In this document: positions 1 through 9,152 of the stretch, piece by piece | Position numbering within the stretch: position 1 is the stretch's first letter | How the letters are laid out: every line of letters starts with the position of its first letter | Source: Cyanobacteriota bacterium | GTDB taxonomy: Bacteria; Cyanobacteriota; Cyanobacteriia; PCC-6307; Cyanobiaceae | NCBI GenBank assembly: GCA_026389315.1 | Contig: JAPLIC010000036.1 | Span: 8,048 to 72,047 of the forward strand | Reading direction: 5' to 3' | DNA: 64,000 bases | Position numbers and translations under genes: made by a program | Notes under the pieces: generated by a model | Seen by the model: only the letters and a program-made list of their open reading frames with translations | What the model was told of the DNA's origin: nothing | Databases searched by the model: none

Positions 1-1516
1 TTTTGGCGCCACGGCTGAGCAGAGCTACAGCCGCATGATCGAGCTGGTGCGGAGGGCCGAAGAACGCCTGGGGCAGGGTCAGCGCACGCTCCAGACGGTG
101 GCCCTGCCGGAGCGCCCGGCCCCTGCGGCGGCGTTGCTGCCGATCCTGCGGGGGGCCTTGGGCCGGGCCGCCGTCACCGCCGGCTTCCCCGCCCATTGGC
201 TCTTGGCGCTGCGCGACACCCCCCTGACCCGCGCCGTGGTGGATGACGCCCGTTTGCCGGACTGGGCCAGTCGGGGCGTGGCCACCCCCGACCATGTGAT
301 CCGCACCAAGGCCTGCCCCCTGGTGCTGCCCCTTCCCCCCCCTGCCGCCGACCGGGAAGCCGTTGATCCAGGGGCTCTAGCCGCCTGGAGCACCCAGGTG
401 GAGGCGGCCCTGGCCACCTATCTGGCCGACTACAGGGCCTATTTCGCTCGTCAGAACCAGCGCGTCGGCGGCGGCAAAACCCCTCTCGATCCCCTGCCTC
501 GCCTGCTGGCCTTGCCCGGCCACGGCCTGATCGGTGTGGGCCGCTCCGCCGCCGATGCCGCTGTGACCGCCGACATTGCCGAAGCCTGGGCCACCACTTT
601 GGTTGCGGCCGAGAGCATCGGCCGCTTCCAGCCCGTCAATGAGGACGCCACTTTTGATATGGAGTATTGGAGCCTGGAGCAGGCCAAGTTGGCCAAGGCC
701 GCCGAGAAGCCCCTGGCCCGTAAGGTGGTGTTGGTCACCGGCGGCGGCGGGGCCATTGGCGAAGCTGTGGCTCGGGCCTTTGCCGCCGCCGGCGCCGACC
801 TGGCCGTGATCGACCTCGATGGTGAGCGCGCCGCCGCTGTGGCCGCCGCCTGTGGCCCCCGCGCCATCGGCTGGTGTTGCGATGTCACCGACCCCGCTGC
901 GGTGTGGGCCGCCTTCGATCGCTGCTGTTCGCACTTCGGTGGGGTCGACATCGTCGTCAGCAATGCCGGAGCCGCCTGGACCGGCGCCATGGCCGATCTG
1001 CCCGACGCGGTGCTGCGCAGCAGCTTCGAGCTCAATTTCTTCTCCCACCAGTCCGTCGCCCAGGCGGCGATGGCCGTGTTCCGCGCCCAAGACCGGTCTT
1101 CCAGTGCCAGCAACAGCCAAGCTGCGACCTGCGGTCGGCTGGGCGGCCAGCTGCTGTTCAACGTCAGCAAGCAGGCTCTCAACCCCGGCGCCAACTTCGG
1201 TGCCTATGGCACCAGCAAGGCCGCCCTGCTCGCCCTCATGCGCCAATACGCCCTTGAGGGCGGCGATGACGGCGTGCGCGTCAACGCCATCAATGCCGAT
1301 CGCATCCGCTCCGGCCTCCTGGATGACGCCATGATTCGTGATCGGGCCGCCGCCCGTGGCATCAGCGAGGCCGCCTACATGGGCGGCAACCTGCTCGGCG
1401 CTGAGGTGCGGGCCGTTGATGTGGCCGCCGCCTTTGTGGCCCTGGCCGGCATGGAACGCACCACCGGCGCCGTGCTCACAGTCGATGGCGGCAACGTGCC
1501 CGCCATGGTGCGCTAA
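1..1516 (+). CDS. Bifunctional class II aldolase / short-chain dehydrogenase (RhaD/YuxG-like), 5'-truncated by the window edge
   Basis: Frame is open back to position 2 (FGATAEQSYSRMI). Aldolase-region motifs TPDHVIRTK and FDMEYWSLEQAKL; SDR motifs VTGGGGAIG, VSNAG, YGTSK and VDGG. Confidence 0.85.
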   Translation, partial: FGATAEQSYSRMIELVRRAEERLGQGQRTLQTVALPERPAPAAALLPILRGALGRAAVTAGFPAHWLLALRDTPLTRAVVDDARLPDWASRGVATPDHVIRTKACPLVLPLPPPAADREAVDPGALAAWSTQVEAALATYLADYRAYFARQNQRVGGGKTPLDPLPRLLALPGHGLIGVGRSAADAAVTADIAEAWATTLVAAESIGRFQPVNEDATFDMEYWSLEQAKLAKAAEKPLARKVVLVTGGGGAIGEAVARAFAAAGADLAVIDLDGERAAAVAAACGPRAIGWCCDVTDPAAVWAAFDRCCSHFGGVDIVVSNAGAAWTGAMADLPDAVLRSSFELNFFSHQSVAQAAMAVFRAQDRSSSASNSQAATCGRLGGQLLFNVSKQALNPGANFGAYGTSKAALLALMRQYALEGGDDGVRVNAINADRIRSGLLDDAMIRDRAAARGISEAAYMGGNLLGAEVRAVDVAAAFVALAGMERTTGAVLTVDGGNVPAMVR

Positions 1517-1535
1517 CTGCTTCAGGCCTCTGGCC

Positions 1536-2990
1536 TCAGGCTTCCACCTTGGCCAGCCATAGACCCAGGCCCCCGGCGCCCAGTACCACCGCCAGGCACA
1601 GGCCTCCCCAGGCCAGTAGGCCCCAGCTGTCCACCGCCAGTGGCGCCGCCACCGTGATCAGCCCGCCCGCCAGCAGGGGCTGCAGCAGCAGCTGTTTGAT
1701 CGAAAACGGAGTCAGCACCTCGGTTCGGCCCTCCGCTTCGGCCATCTGCAACAGCAACAGGCCACTGGCTACCACCCCGGTCGCTTGGCCAAATTCCACC
1801 AGGCTGCGTTCAAACCATGGCGCCGGCATCAGGCGGCGCCCCAGCAGGACCACCACGCCCAAATTCCAGGCCAGCCCTGCCAGGGACAGGGCCAGCAGCG
1901 GCTGCCAGCCCCGAACCAGTAGTCCCAGGTCCAGGGAGGCGGTGGCGGCCACAATCAGCAGATCCGCCGCCAAGGTGCCGATGCGTTGTTGCACCGGCAC
2001 CGAGGCCCAGTCCGTCAGGTTCCACCTTTCGAGTACCCAGCGCACCAGCAGAGAACCGAGCAGGGCCAGTGGAAACACCGGCAGGGCGCTCACCACAACA
2101 GCCACGCCTCCCCCTAACCGATCGGCCGCCAGCCCCAGCAGCAGCTGGGCCCCCCAGCCCAGGGCAACGGCCACCCCTGCCAGGCCCAGATTCGCCAGCC
2201 AGCGGGCTGGCATGGCCTGGGACCCAGGCTCGGCGTCCACGGCTGGTGCCGGAGAGGAGGGTTCGGCATCAGGAGTCGCTGGGCCATTGCCAGCACTTGC
2301 GCCCGGATTCTCCAGGGCGCCCGAAGCCTGCAGCGTTTCGGCCAGCTGGGCTTCGCCTGGGGATGGAATAGCAAGCCAGCCGTGCCCACGACCCCACACC
2401 ACCAGGAGCCCGCCCACCAGGCTGGCCGTCAAAAGACCCACCGTTGCCATGGCCAGGCCCAGGTCCTGGCCCCCCTCCAGTCCGAGACGCTCATAGGTCG
2501 GGCCCATGGCCGCCGCTGATCCATGGCCCCCTTCGAAGGCCACCTCGATCAGGCAGGCCATCACCGGACTCAACCCCAGCCATGGTTGCAGCACCAGTCC
2601 CACCACCAGCGCCCCCACCAGGAACTGGCCGAAGGCCAGGACAAGGGCCAGCAGGATCTGGGCCCGCAGCGGCCGCCAGAGGGGACCGAGCTTGGGCAGG
2701 GGTTTGGCCACCAGCAAGGAGCCGAAGACCAAGGTCAACAGGGCCAGCGGCAGATCAGCCCAGAAAGAGATCACCGCCGCCGGCAGCAGCGGTAGTGGGC
2801 TTCCAGGGGCCAGCAGCAGCCCGAGACCCCCGGCCAGTAGGGACTCGGGCAGGCCCAGGCGCTTCATCTGAATGCCCTTGCCGATCCAGCGGCCCAATAC
2901 CAACAGCGCCGCCAGGAGTGCCAGCGGCAGCAGCGGACGGGCCAGGAACGCGAAGGTGCGGCTGGTTTCAGGTAATTCCAGGAAGGGCAT
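1536..2990 (-). CDS. gltS: Sodium/glutamate symporter (GltS family)
   Basis: Multi-TM protein with FEGGHGSAAAMG and FGQATGV motifs; start codon overlaps the upstream stop (TGATG). Confidence 0.8.
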   Translation of the reverse strand: MPFLELPETSRTFAFLARPLLPLALLAALLVLGRWIGKGIQMKRLGLPESLLAGGLGLLLAPGSPLPLLPAAVISFWADLPLALLTLVFGSLLVAKPLPKLGPLWRPLRAQILLALVLAFGQFLVGALVVGLVLQPWLGLSPVMACLIEVAFEGGHGSAAAMGPTYERLGLEGGQDLGLAMATVGLLTASLVGGLLVVWGRGHGWLAIPSPGEAQLAETLQASGALENPGASAGNGPATPDAEPSSPAPAVDAEPGSQAMPARWLANLGLAGVAVALGWGAQLLLGLAADRLGGGVAVVVSALPVFPLALLGSLLVRWVLERWNLTDWASVPVQQRIGTLAADLLIVAATASLDLGLLVRGWQPLLALSLAGLAWNLGVVVLLGRRLMPAPWFERSLVEFGQATGVVASGLLLLQMAEAEGRTEVLTPFSIKQLLLQPLLAGGLITVAAPLAVDSWGLLAWGGLCLAVVLGAGGLGLWLAKVEA

Positions 2991-4945
2991 CAAAGGTTCA
3001 GGTGGCGGCGGAAAAAGGCCTCCGTCGCCTCCAGCACCTGAACCTGTACGGCGCTGGCGCGAAAGCCATGGCCCTCTTCGGCAAAGAGATGCAGCTCCAC
3101 CGGCATCCCCCTCCGGGTCAGTTCCAAGGCCAGCCTTTCACTCTGGGAGGCGGGCACCACCTCATCTTGAAGGCCGTGGAAAAGGATCAGCGGCGTGCGC
3201 AGCCGCTCCACCTGGTTCAAGGGCGACCGAGCCGCATAGAGATCCCGCGCCTCGGGCCAGGGGCCCACCAGCCCATCGAGGTAGTGGGCCTCGAAGCGGT
3301 GGCCCACCTTCACCAGATCCGCTAGGTCGGTGACGGGGTAGCGACAAGCCCCCGCTTTGAAGGTGTCTGATTGGCCCAGGGCGGAGAGCACGGTAAACCC
3401 CGCCGCGCTGCCCCCTTCGGTGGCCACCCGTTGCGGATCCGCCCAGCCCTGGACCAGTACGGCTTTGGCCGCGGCGATCAGGTCTGCCCCATCCACCACA
3501 CCCCACTGCCCATCGAGTCGCTGCCGATAGGCGCGGCCGAAGCCGGTCGAGCCGCCGTAATTGACATCCAACACGCCCCAGCCCCGACTGGTCCAGAACT
3601 GAATCGCCGCATTCAGACCGGTGCGGGCCATGCCGGTGGGGCCGCTGTGGCCCCTCACCAGCAGGGGCGCTCCCGGGTGCCGGCCCCCCTCGGGTGGGTG
3701 GAACCAGGCGTGGGTGGGCCTGCCCGAGGCGCCCGCAAACCAGAGAGCTTGTGGCGGTTGCTGGTCCCCACGGGGACCGATGACCGATGACGCCGGGGTA
3801 TGGCTCCAGCTCTGGTCGTCCAGGTTCACCTCCAGTAGCCCTGCCGTCGCGGTGGGCCCGCTGGCGATGGCCACCAGGGTGCCGTTCTCGGCGCAGAGGC
3901 CAGCCACGTCATCGAAGGGGAGGGCCAAGGGGTGCCAGGCCGCAGGGACTTCGGGCCCGAGGGCCTCACTTGGGGACGCCTCGGGTCCCATGGGCACCTT
4001 GCCCACCTGCCACTGGCCCTGGCGGCAGGCCGCGGCGACCAGTTGCTGGCCGTCCCAGGCACTGGTGCGCAGCCCATGGACCCACTGGGGCGCCCCGAAT
4101 TCGGCCTCCAGGGGCAGCAGGGGTTGCCATTGGGGTTCGGCGCCGATGGCCAGCTGCTCGGCTTCCCGCAGAATCTCCAGATTCCACCAACCGCTGCGGT
4201 CGTTGGCCACCACCAGATCCTCCCCCACCCACAGGGGCTGAAACACCGAAATGGGCACCGGCGCGGTCCCATCGGAACCGGCGATCGGGCGGATGTCGGC
4301 CAGGGCCCCATGGGCATCAAATCGCCCCAGCCAGAGGCGGCTCCGCTCCCAGTTCATGTGGGGGTGCTGCCATTCGACCCAGGCCAGATGGGTTCCTGAG
4401 GGACTGAGCACCGGATAGCCGCAGAAGTCAGCTGGGCGATGCAGGGTTTGGGGTTCGCCGCCTCCCAGGGGGACTGCGACCCAAAAGTCCTTTCCCCCTT
4501 GCTCCATCACGCCGATCCAGCGATCCCGGGCCCGATCGATCAACCCGTCGCTGAAGGCCCTTGTCCCCTGCTGCCAAGGCGCTGTCAGCCGGCGGGGCGA
4601 ACCGACCGCCCCCACCTCCAGCCCCACCGCCAGCCCCACCGCCAGATCCAGTCGCCAAAGACAGCGATCACCATCGTGCACGAACACAGCGATCGTCCCG
4701 TCCACCGTGTAAACCCCGCCGCCGTAGCCATGGATGCGGCTGCGCAGGTTCCACGGGCCGGGGGTGAGGTCCTGGGGGGGCGTGCCCCGGGCCCCTCGGC
4801 CCATCAAGGTGGTGCGACCGTTCTCCTGGGGACGTTGCTCCAACCAGAACAGGCGCCCCTGGGCCAGCATGGGTTCCTTCGGAACCGGTACTGATCCCAC
4901 GGCCATGGCCGCTGAGAGCGGAGCCCCCTTACCCCTTGCTGTCAC
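2990..4945 (-). CDS. S9 family serine peptidase (acylaminoacyl/dipeptidyl aminopeptidase-like)
   Basis: HSGPT, VNYGGSTGFGRAY, nucleophile GGSAAG, Asp in GLQDEVV, His in EEGHGF; N-terminal propeller region. Confidence 0.88.
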   Translation of the reverse strand: MTARGKGAPLSAAMAVGSVPVPKEPMLAQGRLFWLEQRPQENGRTTLMGRGARGTPPQDLTPGPWNLRSRIHGYGGGVYTVDGTIAVFVHDGDRCLWRLDLAVGLAVGLEVGAVGSPRRLTAPWQQGTRAFSDGLIDRARDRWIGVMEQGGKDFWVAVPLGGGEPQTLHRPADFCGYPVLSPSGTHLAWVEWQHPHMNWERSRLWLGRFDAHGALADIRPIAGSDGTAPVPISVFQPLWVGEDLVVANDRSGWWNLEILREAEQLAIGAEPQWQPLLPLEAEFGAPQWVHGLRTSAWDGQQLVAAACRQGQWQVGKVPMGPEASPSEALGPEVPAAWHPLALPFDDVAGLCAENGTLVAIASGPTATAGLLEVNLDDQSWSHTPASSVIGPRGDQQPPQALWFAGASGRPTHAWFHPPEGGRHPGAPLLVRGHSGPTGMARTGLNAAIQFWTSRGWGVLDVNYGGSTGFGRAYRQRLDGQWGVVDGADLIAAAKAVLVQGWADPQRVATEGGSAAGFTVLSALGQSDTFKAGACRYPVTDLADLVKVGHRFEAHYLDGLVGPWPEARDLYAARSPLNQVERLRTPLILFHGLQDEVVPASQSERLALELTRRGMPVELHLFAEEGHGFRASAVQVQVLEATEAFFRRHLNL

Positions 4946-4999
4946 CGGTGCCTCCGACTTCTGGACCCTAGAATCGTCGCCATCGTCTCAGGTGTCTCC

Positions 5000-5605
5000 T
5001 TGGCGCGCAGCTTCGCCCAGATGGCTCGCCATGCCGAGCAGGGCAACAAGTCCATCCTGGTGCCCAAGGAACCCTCCGATGCCCCCTCGCGGCGCATCCA
5101 TACCCTCGGGGAGCAGGAGCTTCGCAAGACGGCTCGCCGTATCGGCAAGGTGGATGAGGCGGTGCGCGAGCTGGCCAGGGAAATGCTGCGCAGCATGTAC
5201 ACCGCCCGCGGCATCGGCCTGGCGGCTCCCCAGGTTGGGGTGCATCAGCAGTTGTTGGTCATTGATCTCGATCTGGAAGAGGCGGCGACCCCGCCGCTGG
5301 TCCTGATCAACCCGGAAATCACCGCCTCCGGGGCCTCCTGCAATACCTATGAAGAGGGTTGTCTAAGCATCCCTGGGGTCTATCTGCAGGTGGTGCGCCC
5401 GTCCGTGGTTGAGGTCAGCTTCCGCGATGAAATGGGCCGCGCCCGGCGCCTCAAGGCCGATGGACTGCTAGCTCGCTGCATCCAGCACGAAATGGACCAT
5501 CTCGAGGGCGTGTTGTTCGTGGATAGGGTCACGGACACCGCCAGCCTCAGCACCGAATTGCGGCAGCATGGTTTTGAACCCGAGCACGTCCAGTCACTGC
5601 CCTGA
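5000..5605 (+). CDS. def: Peptide deformylase
   Basis: GIGLAAPQVG, EGCLS and QHEMDHL motifs; TTG start. Confidence 0.96.
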   Translation: MARSFAQMARHAEQGNKSILVPKEPSDAPSRRIHTLGEQELRKTARRIGKVDEAVRELAREMLRSMYTARGIGLAAPQVGVHQQLLVIDLDLEEAATPPLVLINPEITASGASCNTYEEGCLSIPGVYLQVVRPSVVEVSFRDEMGRARRLKADGLLARCIQHEMDHLEGVLFVDRVTDTASLSTELRQHGFEPEHVQSLP

Positions 5606-5614
5606 GTCTTCCCC

Positions 5615-5812
5615 ATGCCGATGAAACCTTTGGCCGGCGTCCTGCTCGCCCTGGCCTGTGTGCTCGGCATCGCCGCCACTGGGTCGGTGTTTGAGCTGGC
5701 CTACGGCCAACCCGATCTCGGGGTTGGTACAACGCGTCTAATTTTGGCAGCCAGCATTCCTGGCTGCCTGCTGGCCTTGCTGTTCGCCATCCGCAGCAAT
5801 CAGCAGGCCTGA
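5615..5812 (+). CDS. Small two-TM hypothetical membrane protein
   Basis: 65 aa with two hydrophobic helices around SVFELAYG; directly follows def. Confidence 0.7.
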   Translation: MPMKPLAGVLLALACVLGIAATGSVFELAYGQPDLGVGTTRLILAASIPGCLLALLFAIRSNQQA

Positions 5813-5906
5813 TCACCGGCTGTCCTGGCCCTGGCAGCCCTGGTCCCGACGGCCGGATCTCCTCCACATACAGCTCCTTCCGATTCGTCTTTCCCCGCTT
5901 GCCTCC

Positions 5907-6515
5907 ATGCTGTCCTCGGCCCTTCCCACCGCCCGATTCCCTGCCCTAAGCCTCTCAACTCTGCTGCTTATCGCGTCCCTTGGCAGTGGCCTGCCGTCCC
6001 GCAGCCAGTCCCTGTTTGGAGCCGGGGAGTTGGACCAGGGCCGCTTCCTGGTGGTGGCGGCGCCCATCGGCAGCGGCAGCCGTTATCAGCTCAACATCTA
6101 CGAGCAGGTGCGGGGGGGAGGGCGTCCCTGCTTTGCCGTCGCGGAGGGCCGACCGGCGGCGGTGAATCCCCTGCTGGCCAGTTTTGATTTCAGCGGTGTC
6201 TGCGCCCGCTACATCGATGCCAATGGCTATTCGCTGCGGGTTGCCGATCGCGACCTCTCCTCCAGCTATCGCCTCACCGTGGTGCGAAGTCCCAATGACA
6301 CCTATCTGATGGCCATGCCAACCCAAGCGGGGGCTGGGCCCGAGATGATGGTGGCCCGCACCTACGGCAGCGCCGGCGGCTTCTTGAAGTTTGAGCTGGA
6401 GCCGGGTTGGCGGCTGATGCGCCGGCAATTCAAGGGCCGCAACCTTGGCCACGTCTATCTGTACAGCCCCACCTGGCCCTCTCCCCCAAGCGGCGGCGCC
6501 GTCACCGCCCCATGA
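5907..6515 (+). CDS. DUF3747-like secreted protein
   Basis: Signal-like N-terminus; PLLASFDFSGVCARYIDANGYSLR, GFLKFELEPGW and LGHVY motifs typical of this cyanobacterial family. Confidence 0.78.
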   Translation: MLSSALPTARFPALSLSTLLLIASLGSGLPSRSQSLFGAGELDQGRFLVVAAPIGSGSRYQLNIYEQVRGGGRPCFAVAEGRPAAVNPLLASFDFSGVCARYIDANGYSLRVADRDLSSSYRLTVVRSPNDTYLMAMPTQAGAGPEMMVARTYGSAGGFLKFELEPGWRLMRRQFKGRNLGHVYLYSPTWPSPPSGGAVTAP

Positions 6516-6568
6516 GGCAAACCCTCTCTTGCTAAGTTGACTGACTGTTTGCGTTTGCACAGCCTTTC

Positions 6569-6739
6569 ATGACCCAGGTCACAGTCGGCGAAAACGAAGG
6601 GATTGAATCGGCCCTTCGCCGTTTCAAGCGCCAGGTCTCCAAGGCGGGCATCTTCGCCGACCTCAAGCGGCTGCGCCACCACGAGACCCCCACCGAGAAA
6701 TACAAGCGCAAAGCGCAACAGCGTCGCCGTCGCCGTTGA
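6569..6739 (+). CDS. rpsU: 30S ribosomal protein S21 (absent from the ORF track)
   Basis: Hand translation: [56 protein letters not shown]. Confidence 0.97.
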   Translation: MTQVTVGENEGIESALRRFKRQVSKAGIFADLKRLRHHETPTEKYKRKAQQRRRRR

Positions 6740-6973
6740 GTTTGCGCCAGCACCCTTTTGGGCCTGCTCTTTGCAGTAAGGCGGTTGGCCATGGACGCAC
6801 ATCCGAAGATTGTTCCGGGCTAGAACCGTCTGCGTTGGATCGGCCCCCGATCGTTGCTCCCGGAGGGCGGAACCATGTAAGCAGCCAAGCTTGCTTCTCG
6901 CTTGATTGCCTTTCAGTTGTGCCCCATTGCCGACGATTTCCCAGGTTGGAACCTTCCAGTTTGCTTGGACCCT

Positions 6974-8548
6974 TCAGCCTTCTTGATGTGTCGCCAGGTC
7001 AAAACTTCGATATCCGAGTGCTTCGGAAATCTCCCCGGTTCCCACCCTCCTGGCCCCTTTCAGGTCGGCCAGGGTGCGCGATACCCGCAAGATGCGATCG
7101 GCGCTGCGGGCTGAAAGACGCCGCTTCGTGATGATGGCTTCCCAAAGGTTGACGCAGGTTTGATCCAGACCCAGCACCTCCTTGAGGTCTCCAGCTGGCA
7201 AGTCACTGTTGGAGCAGCCCCCTGGGTTGCGGCGCATCATCCGCACTCGTGCCGTCTTCACCCGTCTAGCCACCTGGGCCGTCGTTTCCGGGCCGTCTAC
7301 CCCTGATTCTCCCCCCCTGGACCCAGCCTCCCCCCTCACATCTAGGGCGGAAACCAGTTCCCTGGGCTGGGCCCGCTGCATCACCACCTGCAGGTCGATG
7401 CGATCCAGGAGGGGCCCAGAGAGCCGCCCCCAGTAGCGCCGCCTGACCCCTTCGGGGCAGCGGCATTCCCGCTCCCGATCCCCCCACCAGCCGCAAGGGC
7501 AGGGGTTGGTGGCGGCCACCAGGGTGATCGCGCAGGGAAAGCGACAGCGCTCCCGCGCCCGGCAGATCCATACCTCCCGTGCCTCCAACGGTTGCCTGAG
7601 CTGGTCGAGAACCTCCCGCCGGAACTCCGTCAGTTCGTCGAGAAAAAGCACGCCCCGATGGGCCAGGCTGAGCTCCCCTGGCCGCGGCCGGCTCCCCCCG
7701 CCCACCAACGCCGCTGCCGAACAGCTGTGGTGGGGACTGCGAAAAGGGCGCTGGCGCATCAGTCCTCCGCCCTCCCCCAACAGCCCGGCCACGGAATGAA
7801 GTTGGGTTAGTTCCAGGGCTTCTTCCCGCGGCAGCGCGGGCAGCAGCCCAGCCAAACGTCGGGCCAGCATGGTTTTGCCACTGCCGGGCGGGCCCACCAG
7901 CAGCAGGTGGTGGCCTCCAGCGGCGGCGATTTCCAAGGCTCGCCGGCCATGGCCCTGACCCCAAACATCCGCCAGGTCCAGGCCCGGCGGGGCCGGGTGC
8001 GCCTTGGTGGGGTGGGGGAAGCACAGGGTGCGCTCCGGATGGGCCAGTTGCTCCAGGGCGCCAGGCAGATCGTGGGCGCCCCACACCCGCAGCCCTTCCA
8101 CCAAGGCAGCCTCGGCGGCATTGCCTGAGGCCACCAGCAGCCCCCTGGCCCCCAGGCGCCTGGCCGCCAGGGCCAGGGTGAGCACCCCACGGATCGGCCG
8201 CAAGCGGCCGTCCAGTCCGAGCTCTGCCGCACTCCAAATCCCTTCCATGCGCTCTGAAGGCAGCTGGTCGCTGGCCAGCAGGAGTCCGAGGGCGATGGGA
8301 AGGTCGAAGGCCGGGCCCTCCTTGCGCAGGTCCGCTGGGGCCAGGCTCACGACCACCCGCGTCAGCGGCATCCTTAGGCCACTGTTGCGCAGGGCGGCCC
8401 GCACCCGTTCGCGAGATTCCTGGACCGCCGCATCAGCCAGGCCCACCATTTGCAGACCGGGCAGGCCAGGACCGATGTCCACCTCAACCCGGACGGCGAC
8501 CGCTTCCACCCCCCGCAGGGCGCCGCTATGACAGTGGGCTAAGGCCAT
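6974..8548 (-). CDS. comM: YifB/ComM Mg-chelatase-like AAA+ ATPase
   Basis: Start taken at MALAHCHSG; VGLADAAVQESRERV, Walker A GPPGSGKT, FRSPHH, LFLDE, NPCPCG and SGPLLDRID motifs. Confidence 0.92.
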   Translation of the reverse strand: MALAHCHSGALRGVEAVAVRVEVDIGPGLPGLQMVGLADAAVQESRERVRAALRNSGLRMPLTRVVVSLAPADLRKEGPAFDLPIALGLLLASDQLPSERMEGIWSAAELGLDGRLRPIRGVLTLALAARRLGARGLLVASGNAAEAALVEGLRVWGAHDLPGALEQLAHPERTLCFPHPTKAHPAPPGLDLADVWGQGHGRRALEIAAAGGHHLLLVGPPGSGKTMLARRLAGLLPALPREEALELTQLHSVAGLLGEGGGLMRQRPFRSPHHSCSAAALVGGGSRPRPGELSLAHRGVLFLDELTEFRREVLDQLRQPLEAREVWICRARERCRFPCAITLVAATNPCPCGWWGDRERECRCPEGVRRRYWGRLSGPLLDRIDLQVVMQRAQPRELVSALDVRGEAGSRGGESGVDGPETTAQVARRVKTARVRMMRRNPGGCSNSDLPAGDLKEVLGLDQTCVNLWEAIITKRRLSARSADRILRVSRTLADLKGARRVGTGEISEALGYRSFDLATHQEG

Positions 8549-8671
8549 GGGGCAAGCAATCAATGTCTCTTGCTTATTAGTGCCACCCTCTGTCCCTGCA
8601 GGCATCAAGGGCAGAATGGCTCTCTCGCCAGGGTCCTGGCGGTTGCCTCGATCGTTGGAGTTCCCCCTTCC

Positions 8672-9019
8672 ATGAGCGCCAGTGCGGACACGATTTTCGG
8701 GCGCATCCTGCGGGGCGAAATACCCTGCGAGGTCCTGTACAGCGACGATCTTTGCCTGGCCTTTCGGGATGTCAATCCCCAGGCGCCCGTGCATGCCCTG
8801 GTGATTCCGCGGCAGCCCATCGCCCAGTTGTCTGAGGCCGGTCCTGAGGATCAGTCGCTGCTGGGCCATCTGCTGTTGGTGGCCGCCAAGGTGGCTCGTC
8901 AGGAGGGTCTCGAAAGTTGGCGCACCGTGATCAACAGCGGCGCGGAGGCGGGTCAGACCGTTTTCCACCTGCATGTCCATGTCATCGGCGGCCGCGCCCT
9001 GAGCTGGCCCCCAGGCTGA
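8672..9019 (+). CDS. Histidine triad (HIT) nucleotide-binding protein
   Basis: DTIFGRIL, AFRDVNPQAPVH, GQTVFHLHVHVIGGR and WPPG C-terminus. Confidence 0.95.
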   Translation: MSASADTIFGRILRGEIPCEVLYSDDLCLAFRDVNPQAPVHALVIPRQPIAQLSEAGPEDQSLLGHLLLVAAKVARQEGLESWRTVINSGAEAGQTVFHLHVHVIGGRALSWPPG

Positions 9020-9152
9020 TCCCGGCACGCTTGGCCCCGGAGGTTGCCAGCGGGGCGCGGATTGTGGGCCAGCGTGCCGCCCCATAATCCGCGCCCCTGA
9101 GGCCGATCGGCTTCCGTGCGTGCGGCCACAATGGCAGAAATCGCCGTTGTGC

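Noticed and set aside
6849-6900. glnA-type glutamine riboswitch (ATCGTTG...CGGAA...GTAAG)
   Set aside because: No closing CAACG strand, extra bases split the GGAAGTAAG core, and there is no downstream gene on that strand.
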